From the NCBI RefSeq assembly GCF_006345805.1, contig NC_043001.1, forward strand, positions 72,540,001-72,604,000: a DNA stretch of 64,000 nt, read 5' to 3'. How positions within the stretch are numbered: position 1 is the first letter of the stretch; each line of letters starts with the position of its first letter. The position numbers and the translations under genes are program-made. Shown here piece after piece: positions 13,514-25,509 of the stretch. The notes beneath the pieces were generated by a model. It searched no databases and was not told the DNA's origin. It saw nothing but the letters and a program-made list of their open reading frames with translations. The stretch is from Octopus sinensis. Taxonomy: Eukaryota.

Positions 13514-13826
13514 AGTACTTCCTTGTATTCACATCCTACCACGTTTTCCATTATTGAAAACAAAGAGAAATATGGATGTATGCATACATGAACATACATA
13601 CATGCATGTATACTCACACGCACATACACATATGCATACAGTCATATTTCATATTTATGCATGAATGTGTGTGTGTATATATATGTATGTATGTATATAT
13701 ATATGTATATATTATATATATGTATGTATGTAAATGTGTGTGTGTATGTCTATATACATACATGTCTATATATATATGTATATATATATATTATATATAT
13801 ATATTCATATATATATATATATATAT

Positions 13827-13865
<39 letters not shown>

Positions 13866-13945
13866 GGTCCCGGGTTGATCCGGGGTTAACCACAGTAAGT
13901 AAGGTACTCAATACATAGCAGAGTAAAATTAATTTATTATATAGA

Positions 13946-14002
13946 AGGAGCTTCTACAGGACTAGTACTGTTTCATTCAAGAGAAATCTTCAGGAAGCTC
14001 CT
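13946..14002 (-). ncRNA. Type I hammerhead ribozyme (minimal, PLE-type)
   Basis: aggagcttc CTGAAGA tttctcttgaat GAAA cag tactagtc ctg TA gaagctcct: 9-bp stem I, intact core, GUA cleavage triplet, palindromic loop III (actagt). Confidence 0.85.
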
Positions 14003-14007
14003 GAAGT

Positions 14008-14056
14008 GCTTCCTGAAGATTTCTCTTGAATGAAACAGTACTAGTCCTGTAGAAGC
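14008..14056 (+). ncRNA. Type I hammerhead ribozyme (mirror copy)
   Basis: gcttc CTGAAGA tttctcttgaat GAAA cag tactagtc ctg TA gaagc; 5-bp stem I. Confidence 0.8.
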
Positions 14057-14088
14057 TCCTTCTATATAATAAATATATATATATATAT

Positions 14089-14180
<92 letters not shown>

Positions 14181-14239
14181 ATATATATATATATTTATAT
14201 GTACATCTATACATACACATATATGTGTGTATATATATA

Positions 14240-14380
14240 AGCATGTGGTAAGAAGCTTGCTTTCCAACCACATGGTTCCGGGTTCAGTTCCACTGCATGG
14301 CACCTTGCGCATGTGTTTTCCATAGCCTCGGGCTGACAAAAGCCTTGTGATTTGGTAGATGGAAACTGAAAGAAGCCTGT
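14240..14380 (+). mobile_element. CORE-type SINE 5' half
   Basis: tgtggtaagaagcttgctttccaaccacatggttccgggttcag...ggaaactgaaagaagcctgtc. Confidence 0.8.
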
Positions 14381-14393
14381 CATATATATATAA

Positions 14394-14442
<49 letters not shown>

Positions 14443-14469
14443 ATATATACACACATATATATATATCGA

Positions 14470-14731
14470 TTTTGTATTTGGTTCGCAAGATTCTTTATGT
14501 AAATTCGTGTGTTGAAGCATATTTTATTGTGCCAGGGGAGAATCATTCTCTTTTAGTGCCTTATTATTTAACACACTCACCGATTCGATTTCCACTCATT
14601 TACTTATTTATTTATTCTAAAATTTTCGTTGCCTCTTGCAACCTTTTCAATAGCTGTTGACTCTGTCCGTTATCAGAGCTGCGCTCTTTTTGGTTGTCTG
14701 TGCTCATGTGTCAATGTGCATGTGTATACAC

Positions 14732-14762
<31 letters not shown>

Positions 14763-14992
14763 TGTATGTATGTATGTATGTATGTATGTATGTATGTATG
14801 TATGTATGTATGTATGTATGTATGTATTCTCCATACTCATGTGTTCGTTTGTTCACGTTTGTGTCTTTGTATGTGTCTGTGTGTGTATTTGTGTCTCCTC
14901 GTGTGTGCTTGTTTGTCCGTATTACCTATGTACCTGTCTATGTTTATCTATCTATTTACCAACATATCCATTTCCCACCCACCCATTTTTAT

Positions 14993-15035
<43 letters not shown>

Positions 15036-15099
15036 ATATATTATATATATATATATATACATATACATACATACATATATATATATATATTATGTATAT

Positions 15100-15184
<85 letters not shown>

Positions 15185-18100
15185 GTATTGGGGATGTTTC
15201 ATATATGAGGACGTAGTCCTGAATATATTTGAGTGTTGGCTCCTTCGGACGCTTGCATAAAATGAGTGTGTCAAGTTGACCCAGTGTACCTCCATGGTGG
15301 TCTTTGGCATGTTGGTAGAGTATAGAGGACTGTTTTTTGTCGTCATATTGTCTCAAATGTACATTTGGTCTCCCCGCAATGCTTCAAGATGTCTCACCTA
15401 TGTATATCATGTCCTTGTCTTTACAAGCATCCTCTATGCACCTTATACTGTAGATTACATTTCTAATTCTACAGATAATGCCCGGGTTAATCTTACATAC
15501 CATGCAGTTATCATTAGTGAATGTTGTATTCTCAAAGGGGTACGTCTTACATAGTTGTGATCTGATGGAACTCCCTGGCTTTTCAACGATATTAATGCTC
15601 AGTTTGGCCTCCTTCAGAGTTTTCTTAAATCTTAGGGCTAGTTCTCCATGGGCTGTGGCTTCTATAAACATCATTCCTTGATATTTGTCGGTCTTGTACC
15701 ACGTGTTAACCCTGTTTGCTTTGTCACAACCTCTTTGTATGTTATTCCAGTCTTTATTTCTATATCTGGGGCAGGTACCATTGTTTTCATTACATATAAT
15801 GGCTTCATTACATATAATGCTATCTAACTTTTTTCTAGTTCCCCTGTATACCCGAACCCTATCTTTCTGATCATATCGTGAGAATTGCATACGGTGCATG
15901 AAGTTCTGTACATGTTTCTTTGTTTCATAGAATTTGCATAGTGGGGACACGTTGCACATTATCTTAACTAAGTGTGCTATTAATATGTTGATTTTCATGT
16001 TGTGTAACAAAGCCGAGTTCTTGTGAACAACATATTTAGAAGCTATGGGTTTCATGTAATAGAAGTGGAGGAGTTGCACTCTGTTGTTCACAGTCTCTAA
16101 ACAAAGTTCAGTATCATGGGCAAGGAATCTATTGTTAGGGTGCCTAGTGGGGCAACCTATAGCTACCTTGCTACTTTGGTGGGTGGAGTTAACTACGTGC
16201 TGGCTGCTCTCCATTATGCTCCCCTCGGTTTTTACATTACAGTTGCTAGAGTTTGTCCTGATTGGAATATTAATGTCATCTACATACCTACGGTAAAGCA
16301 AAACAGTTGTGGATTTTCCGCTAAGGATTGTTTAAGTTTTCTGTCCCACCAGGTCATGAAGAGGCCGGTCACATCTCCAGCCACACCGACACCAATGACT
16401 TCACCTGCATCTATAGTTTTTTTGTAAAACTTTACTATGTGGTTCTTCAAGGTGCTTCTTATGCTAGCCCCTATTGCATGTGCAATCATTCTTTTCACCC
16501 GACTGCTGTTATCAGGGTCCTGGGTGAGTATAGTCCAGCCACTCCAGCGCTTTGCAGTGCTTTTCTTCAGGGCCGAGGTGATGGTGGGTGATCTTCCCCT
16601 CTGTGACCTGGTGGGGTAGAATCTTCTAAGGTCATGGTTGTCTAGATAGTTACAGCCATAGCTTAGTTCCCCCGTGTTGACTTCACGGAACTCTACTTCA
16701 CTCCCACTGATAATCTCAATGCATTTTTCCACAGCAAAATCTGGGTTGTGTGAAATTACAACCATACTACCCATTACACAACATGTGAGGCCGTTGGGGT
16801 GGTTGCAACTACTGATTCTACCGAGGAGATCCTTCGTGCTCGCACAGATATCTGGGGACATTTCAATGAGTGTTCGTAACACCCGTGAGAGGGAGTGGGA
16901 TAATCTATAATTACTGGAGATATTCGCTTCGCAAACTGGTCGAGTTGGGGGTTCCATAACAGAATTTACGTAGGGTTTATGGTCTTTACGTAACCTGTAT
17001 AGCGTAGGAACATTGTTGTTGAATGCTTGGAAATTTTGTGTAGTTGCACCATATTCCCGTATATGCATTGAGGAGTTTTTCTACACTTTTATGTTCCTGT
17101 GGTGAAACTTCTCTCATGCTACTGATGTGTTGTTGCATGACCTGGGCATAGTTCTGTGGGCTGTCTATTGACAGTCTGCCAGACTTGTCCGTAGAGAGGC
17201 ACACTAATTCCCTGTTTCTAATTCGTTGTTTCAGCTTTTGTAGGCCTTTGGCAACAGATGAACTGAGTTGATGGGTCTCCCCTTCATTATGTTTCTTAGT
17301 GGTTTTGTTGTACTGGTCTAAGATGTGTCGGAGTCTATTTCTAGCTAAGGAAATATTTGCCTCTGTCTCACTGTCAATCTGTGGTGGGATACATACCGTT
17401 TTGTTGAAAGGTAAGTCTGTGGGGGTAGATCCTACATGTTGTGTGATTAGTTGCTGGGGTTAGAGAAGAGTTATACGGAGTGTAGGCTGCTACCGGTGTT
17501 ACTATCGTTGCGGTTGTTGTTATAGTTGCTGGCATTGTTGTTGCTAGTGGTGGTGGTAGTGCTTGTGTTATGTTCATTGTCGTTATTGTAGTTGTGGTTG
17601 TTGCTGTTGTGGGTGGTGTTGATGTTGGTAGTGGTGTGGATGATGTGGTTGATATTGTTGTCTGTGTGTGGGGTGTTGCCGTTATCATTGTTGTTGTTAT
17701 TATCGTTATTGCTGTTGTTTAGGTTTCGTATGATTGTGTTGTTGTTATTGTTGTTATAGTTGTTTGAGTAGGGAACGTTGTAGTTATGATTCTTGTTATT
17801 ATTATTGTCACTATTGTTGTTGTCATTTACATTGCTATTGTTATTGTTGTTGTTGCTTTGGTTTCGTATATTTGTGTTGTTGTTGTTGTTGTTGTAATGT
17901 CCTAACCTCCATCTTACTTTTAAGAATGTGTTTTCTATCTCAGATAGACAAGTTTTCTGACCTTTTTGTATGTAGCAAATTTTGGTGGTAACTCTAAAGC
18001 ATGCATTTCATCCGTATCTAGCTGTTCCGCACCGTACATTCCAGAGGTGTAATTGTTGTTGTTATTGTTGGTGGTGGTGGTATTGTTTTTCGGTGTCCTG

Positions 18101-19001
18101 GTGTCGAAGTCCTTTGGTAGTTTACATTCCAACATAACGATCTTGTCAATACTGCTTGGGTTTCTGTGTTGATTCTCACCACACTGAGATCATTGTTGTT
18201 GCTCTTTCATCCACTTGAGTTTGTTAAAGTGTTTGTTACAGGCATGATTTACTCGGTGGTATTCTTGTTGGATATTTGGTATGAATCTGTCGCTTTTGTG
18301 TGATGCAATAGTGTCTTTCAGTTCATGTGGTTTCTGGTACTGGTTGATTTCTGTGTATATTTCTTTTTGTTTTTTCTTTTGTAACATCGTGTGTTTTAGT
18401 TTTCTTGCTTGATGTTCTGTGAGTCATAGCCGCTTGACAACTGAATTAATATGTTTCGTGTATAGCCTGGAGGAGATGCGTCTTGCTAGATTGGCCAAAG
18501 CTTATTTTATTTCGTTTTTTTTTTATTTGGTCTGCAAGGTTCTTTATGTGAATTCATATGTTGAAGCATATTTTATTGTGTCTGGAGAAAGTCATTCTCT
18601 TTTATTGCCTTATTAAACGCACTCACCAGTTCGATTTCCACCCATTTACTTATTTTTTCTAAAATTTTCATTGCGTCTTGCAACCTTTTCCGCTATCAGA
18701 GCTGCGTTCATTTTGTTTGTGCGCATGTGTGTGCGTGAATGTACATGTGTATACACATATGTATGTATATGTGCATGTATGTATGTATGCATGTTTGTGT
18801 GTATGCATGTATGTGTATGCCTATATATATGTATGCATGTGTGTACGTTTGTACACGGGCGTACATCCTCATAAATGAAACATCCCCATTACTAAATAGG
18901 AAATATACGTAGAAGGTAGTCATGCTCCAATACTCACAGTTTATATATACACAGGTAGAGTTGATAGTAGGCTGTTATGTAGACGTATATATATGTGTGT
19001 G

Positions 19002-19049
<48 letters not shown>

Positions 19050-19292
19050 ATATGTATGTACGTATGTATGTATGTGTGTATGTATATGCCTATATATATA
19101 TATTCATTTATATTATATATGTGTGTGTATATATGTATGTGTGTTTGTTTGTATGTGTAGGCAAATGGATATGTAAGTAAATAGATAAACAAATAGATAG
19201 GTACATAGGTAATACAGACAAACAAGCACACACACATACATACATATATACATACATGCATACATACGTACGTACATGCATACATACATACA

Positions 19293-19323
<31 letters not shown>

Positions 19324-19530
19324 GTGTATACACATTCACATTGGCGTACACACATGCGTACAAACAAACAAACAAACAAAAAGAACGCAGCTCTGATAAC
19401 GGACAGAGTCAATAACTATTGAAAAGGTTGAAAAATGCAACAAAAATTTTAGAAAAAATAATTGGGTGGAAATCGAACCGGTGAGTGTGTTACATAATAA
19501 GGCACTAAAAGAGAATGATTCTCCCCAACA
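14470..19530 (-). mobile_element. Near-complete decayed Penelope-like element with 3' pLTR, 5' pLTR and inverted pLTR
   Basis: ORF relics 15180-18500 (minus): ELPPKFATY, STDKSGR, PTLYRLRKDHK..PTRPVC, YRRYVDDI, CMVC..ICRIRNVIYSIRC..C...IYIGET, ETSPILN. 14470-14730 is directly repeated at 18520-18770; 14550-14970 and 15181-15215 are inverted at 19160-19530 and 18862-18898. Confidence 0.9.
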
Positions 19531-19653
19531 TTATGTATATATATAAATACTAACTTTATACATCTATATGAGTAGACATTCATGCAAATACATACATATG
19601 CACAAAAAATATACACATGCATTTTATTGTACATAACTAAACCAATTATAGAA

Positions 19654-19725
<72 letters not shown>

Positions 19726-19871
19726 AAAGCAATAAAGATTCGAGTTAATTTAAATGAATTTACTTGAATATGGTACCTAACTTAGATGCACCAAAAAAAA
19801 CTATACTGTTTTAACAATACAGTAATGTGGGGTGATTATAAGCGAGAAAGAAGCAACAAGAATGGATAGGT

Positions 19872-19962
19872 TTTTAGTACAATCGTTTCATACAAGGACA
19901 GGCTTTATTAAAAGTTGTAAAAATTACAGCATATAAACGTGTCCCGTAATCATCAGCTAAAA
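19872..19962 (-). ncRNA. Type I hammerhead ribozyme with extended stem II, in a TA-flanked pLTR-like insert (~19720-20210)
   Basis: ttttag CTGATGA ttacgggaca...tgtccttgtat GAAA cgatt GTA ctaaaa: 6-bp stem I, GUA triplet. Confidence 0.8.
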
Positions 19963-20398
19963 TACATGTGAGTTCTCTAGACATCCTAGTGGTTGAGGCT
20001 ATACTCATGAAGTAATGTAGATAATTAAGTAACATAAACAGATTTCCAAAGTTCATTAAAGTTCTTTAAAGATGATGTACAGTCTTATCACAGAATTTTA
20101 AAAAAGTTCTATTAGCATCACAGAGAAGGTGACCTAATCCATAGAGCACATATGAATTTCCAGAGATATGATGAGGGATTACATACTCACAGAAGACAAA
20201 TTTATCCGTATATATGTATGTATAGTATAAACTGAGTTAGTGGTTATAATAACCGACTAAGTGATAAAATATCCGTATATACTATCGGTATACGCTACCA
20301 GTCTTATCGCCGGGCGTTGGTGTGCAAGTACACTATGCACATAGAGTGCAGGTAAGAACAGGATAAACAAGAGTTTATCAGGAAACAAATATAAATAA

Positions 20399-20993
20399 TC
20401 AGAAAATGGAGAAAACCTCAGATTAACAAACACATCGACTAGACCACATTTATAGATTAGTTTTTAATACAAAGCATGACATAACAGATCGGTGACGTAA
20501 CAAGTAACAAAACTTACGGCCGTTTCTGCATCAATTGCCAAACGCTGTCTATAAATAATTGCGAAAATAAAATTCTTCATCTTCATAGGACATTCGAATT
20601 AAGGCACGGAGTTTCATCAGAGTAAAAAACAAGGGCATCCTATATAATCAAAGGGAAGAAGGATTAGGAAAGAAATATGGTCTAGAAAAGAAGTCTAAAC
20701 TGGGCTTCTAGACTTCTTTTCTAGGCCATGTTTTCTTTCCTTTTTCTTTTTCCTATTATTTATATTCGATGCTCTGTTGAAGCTCCGTGCCTTAATTCGA
20801 ATGTCCTATGAAGATGAAGAATTTTATTTTTGCAGTTATTTATAGACAGTGTTTGACAATGGATGCAGAAATGGCCGTAAGATTTGTTACTTGTTATGTC
20901 ACCTATTTGTTATGTCATGCTTTGTACTAAAAAATAGGCTATAAATGTGGTCCAGTCGATGTGTTTGTTAATCTGAGGATTTCTCCATTTTCT

Positions 20994-20995
<2 letters not shown>
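20399..20995. repeat. ~600 bp imperfect palindrome (fold-back pLTR-like insert) with weak hammerhead motifs
   Basis: Arms meet at an 11-nt loop, 20698-20708. Minus strand 20512-20623 reads act CTGATGA...GAAA cggcc GTA agt. Confidence 0.85.
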
Positions 20996-21029
<34 letters not shown>

Positions 21030-21033
<4 letters not shown>

Positions 21034-22130
21034 CGGTAGCCATGATAAAACTCCGAGTTTCGGATGCCGAGGTGGACAACCACGCCGCCATCCCCCTATA
21101 GTATTTAAAAATTTAGTTAAAAACATTAGCAAGAGAATTTCTAGCCTCTCCTCCGATAAGGACATTTTTAATAGCGTTGCCCCAGTATATAATAAGGCCC
21201 TAAAAGATAGTGGTTTTAGCGAGGAAATAACCCATACACTTGCCACCAGCTCAACAATAAAGAAGAGGAAACGTAGGATTAGAAAAATTATCTGGTTCAC
21301 ACTCCCCTACTCACCGAGGTGACCTTCAATATAGGCAAGTATTTCTTAGCACTGATAGATAGACATTTTCCAGGCAACCATACTTACAGGAAGCTCTTCA
21401 ATAGACACAACTTAAAAATCAGTTTCAGCTCAACTACCAATTTTAAAAATATAATCGCATACAACACACAAAAACCACAATACGAAACCAGCTGTTCATG
21501 CAGGGATAAAAATTTGTGCCCGCTAAATGGAGCTTGCATGTCCGAGACCATCATACCCACTAAAGAGACTCTATACCCACTAAAGACACGGTTTCGACGA
21601 AGAAGTACGTGGGCCTTACAGAGGGTAATTTCAAGGCCAGGTTAAATAGTCCCACCTTGAGCTTTAGGCACTGAGATAAAAGGAAAACGACCAAATTATC
21701 CAGTCATATATGGTGATTAAAAGATAAAGGTGTCAGTTACAACATCCATTGGAAGATCTTAGCCAAGTGTAAGCCTTACACCAACGGCAGTGGAAGTGTG
21801 ATATGGAAAGATGGCTCATTTGGAAAAGCAGCTTAGACCCCGCTACATGTCCGAATTCAAGAACTGAACTTTTCGGATCATGCCCATATGTGGCCAAATA
21901 TTTGTTACGTTTTTGGTCCCCCCGAGACTACCGATAGAACTTGCTTTCTATAGTGTGTCCACGCACAAGCATTTTATCTCTTTATACCTTTTATTTATAT
22001 TTCTTATATATTTTTTATACATATATTTCTTACATAATTATAGAGATATTGGTTTATAGGTTTATTGCTTATATATTTTTTACACATAATTTTTCTGTAT
22101 TCTACCTTCCACCCTGCATTTTTTCCCTGT
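21030..22130 (+). mobile_element. 5'-truncated Penelope-like element: thumb/linker + GIY-YIG relic
   Basis: ISKRISSLSSDKDIFN..YNKALKDSGF..RKIIWFTLPYS..NIGKYFLALIDRHFP..LFNRHNLKISFS..CSCRDKNLCPLNGAC..KYVGLTEGNFKAR..LSSHIW..IHWKILAKCKPY. Confidence 0.88.
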
Positions 22131-22289
22131 GCGTATATAGACGTGTATATGGAATCTTTTGTGCACGCGTGTGGATGTGTGCGTGTGTGCGGGTATGTGC
22201 GTATATAGATGTGTGCGTATGTGCGTGCATGCGAATACGTGCGTATATAGATGTATGTGCGTACATAGACGTGTACGGGTATGTATATA

Positions 22290-22344
<55 letters not shown>

Positions 22345-22355
22345 GTATATGTATA

Positions 22356-22439
<84 letters not shown>

Positions 22440-22449
22440 ATGTATATAC

Positions 22450-23188
22450 AGGCTTTGTTGATGGTCATGACAAAGCTTAGACGTACGGAGAACTGTACTC
22501 TTTTCATTGGGAATACACAGTCAGTTGGAATTAGTGGTATTCGGAAAATGAAAACAGTGTCACCACCCCTTGACCCGTTATGATTTTAGTCAAGATACCG
22601 TCATCCAACAATTGGGTTACAACCAACCGGGTGCCGTTGCAAAGTCGAGGAGGTTCCAAGTTTCTCAGAATAATTGAGCATCCAAGTCTGAGGCAGAGTT
22701 TGTGAGGTGGCATTTCCGACCGTTCTGTTCGGTAAACCATTACTTCCGTTGGATCCATTATTGAATCGTTGGACGCATAGATCCGCTCCTGGGTTGGAAG
22801 TTGACGAAGGAGGCACATGTTAAGAGCTTGGACGGTGGCTTTTGTTGGAGCTAAAATGGCTCTTTCACACATCCATTGGTGACTAGCGTAGTTTGTTGAA
22901 TGGTCGGGGTAAACTGTTCTGCAAAGATCCTCACGGCTGGAGGCGTAGTTACCAATGGTACTTATGTCAACCAAACCACTTGTGTCCATCGGTTCCCATT
23001 ACCAACATCCAATAACTTTGTAGCAAAGTCATCATCACCCTATTGTTGTTGAAGAATCGAGCGCATGTTAATGGTTAACTTTCTCGACTGGACGAAACGC
23101 CAAAGATGAGTATGTTTGATGCAAACTTCTATTTCCTCACATGGGTAGCCTTTTGGGACAATGTGAAGAGTTTGACGAAAGTCCCCAG
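22450..23188 (-). mobile_element. Helitron Rep-helicase (PIF1-family) C-terminal fragment
   Basis: [69 protein letters not shown]. Confidence 0.9.
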
Positions 23189-24960
23189 CAATACCAAATA
23201 GGTTTTTACACTTCATAATCCAAGAATGTGGGATCATATCGTACACCTTACGATAGTCGATCCATGACATGGCTAAGTTACTTTTCCTCCTCTTGCAGTC
23301 TCTAAGTACAGTTTTGTCTATCAGGAGTTGATCCTTGATGCCTCTGCACTTACGCTTGCAACCCTTCTGCTCCTGTGGCAGGACTCCATTTTTTCTAGAT
23401 GTTCGTACATTGACTCTGCAAACAGGATATCAGCCTGTAATTGTCTACCGTATTGCATTTTTCAATGTTTTTCAAGCACAGCACTGTCCTACCCATTATC
23501 AACCACCTTGGTGTTGCTTGGTCGGCATTTAACAAGGTGTTGAGTTGCGCAGCTATTCGTCCATGACATTCACTAAATCTTTTGATCCAGTAGCCTTGAA
23601 CTCCATCTGGTCTCGGGGCCTTCCAGTAACTCATTTTTTGCTGATTTCATTCACTTCCCAAATTGAAATGACTTGTTCTGTCTGTTTCTTGTGCATCTTT
23701 CTTGTGCTCCTTGTCTTTGCTCCAGATGTTACTGCAAAACCTTTGACTTTCATTGTTATCTGGTATCAACTTTTCATCTGTACACTCTTAATTTATTTCT
23801 TTATAGAATCTCTTCTGATCTACTCTGAATAACCTATTCTGGTGATAACTCTTCATTCTTTGATCGTATCTTACCATTTTTACTTTCTTTGCAACGAGGC
23901 GCTGTTTCAGTTCCTCCATTACTACTTTCAGGCCCTTTCTTTCACTATTATATTTCCTTTTCAGCGCCCTGTATTTTGTTCGCTTTTAAGCTCCGTTTTC
24001 TCTTTTCGGTCTAACACAGAGATTTCCTTCGAGAGCATTGCTAACCCTACCTGTATTCTTCTTTTCCATCATGGATCTTTCCTTTTGTCACTCCCATTAT
24101 GTTTCTTTTTCTTGACATCAACCCCCACGTTTTCTGCTATAACAATACTTGCTGCCTTGATCAAATTATTTGGTTCTGTAATGTTTGTTCTGATGTATTT
24201 CAGAATTTCATTGACATTGTTCGTTTCTTGGTTCAATTTCCATCGATCAACCATTTTAAGGTTGCAAATAATGTCGCTATCGTTCTCCTGTAGTCTTGCC
24301 TCTATTCTGTCGTAGATTGCCTTTTGTTTATCTATCATATCGCTATTAGTTTTATTGTCCTCTTTTAGATCATCTATATGTCTCTTATCAAGTAAACTAC
24401 CACTGCTCCTTTCCTGTGCTATGAGATTACACTTATTAGTAAGAACTGTATTTTCATTGTTATCTATGCTGCTATTGTCGATGACCCGTCTTTTGATAGC
24501 TTCGAGCTCTACTTCTGTGAACCAATAATTTTTCTTATTGCTCTAGCTTGATCTCATAATCTCTGTTCCGTGAGTTGAAATAATCCTTTTTCTCTCCAAT
24601 GTTCATACATAAGTTGTCGGTAACCCCTAATTTGACCACCATTTTTATCTACCGGGCTGCTCAGGTAGTAACACTCCATGACCACAGTATTAATTTTTTT
24701 GCTCCATCTACGCCGTGTGTGGTGGTCCCTTTCTGGATATCGACAGGCTGGAGCCGGACCAGAATCTCTGAGCCTGCCGGGTGAAACACTGTCACCATCA
24801 TTGGCTTCAGTTTCATTACCACCGTTATTCACAATATTTTTTTTTCATTGTCACTCATATGAAGTAGCGATTATCAGGTTGCGCAATTTCCAGCGCTTTT
24901 ATTGTGACACCATCACTAGATGTGTCATTAATCAGCCCATGAGGAGGCTCCACCCGTTTC
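23189..24960 (-). mobile_element. R4/Dong-like LINE, 5' half (N-terminal Myb-like region to RT), decayed
   Basis: RRRWSKKINTVVMECYYLS..RGYRQLMYEHW..EQRL*DQARAI; WKAPRPDGVQGYWIK; NYRLISCL; [19 protein letters not shown]; [18 protein letters not shown]. Confidence 0.85.
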
Positions 24961-25368
24961 CTTTCATTATTATTGTTATCATCACTGATAGCACTGATAT
25001 TGTTTTTATGTGTAGTAGCAGCAGTAGTTGCAGCAACAGCAAGAGTATCAGGGGTGGCGGTAGTGGTAAGGGTGGTAGTTGGGCTTCAGATTCCTGTGCT
25101 ATCATAAAAGTAGTAGTTGTAGTATTATTGTAGTATTAGTAGTATTTAGTATTAGCAGCTGCAGCATATTATTATTATTTTTATTTCTATCATTAGCACT
25201 ATCACCACCACTACCATTGTTGGAGGGAATAGTTGGATAGTAGTTTGGTGAATAGATCATATTCTACAGGTCTATAAGTAGATTCGGCAGATGGCCACTG
25301 AGAGCGATGCCTTGAAAAAAAGCAATTCAACCTGTTCTATTTGCAATTACTGGTAGAAAAACAATAAC

Positions 25369-25417
<49 letters not shown>

Positions 25418-25509
25418 TATATATATACACACACATACACATACACACACATACACACACACATACACACACACACACACACTCACACACACATATACTG
25501 ATATGCACG

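Noticed and set aside
21660-21720. In-frame TGA codons in the PLE GIY-YIG as selenocysteine
   Set aside because: They are not at Cys positions, fit CGA->TGA decay, and the copy also has frameshifts.
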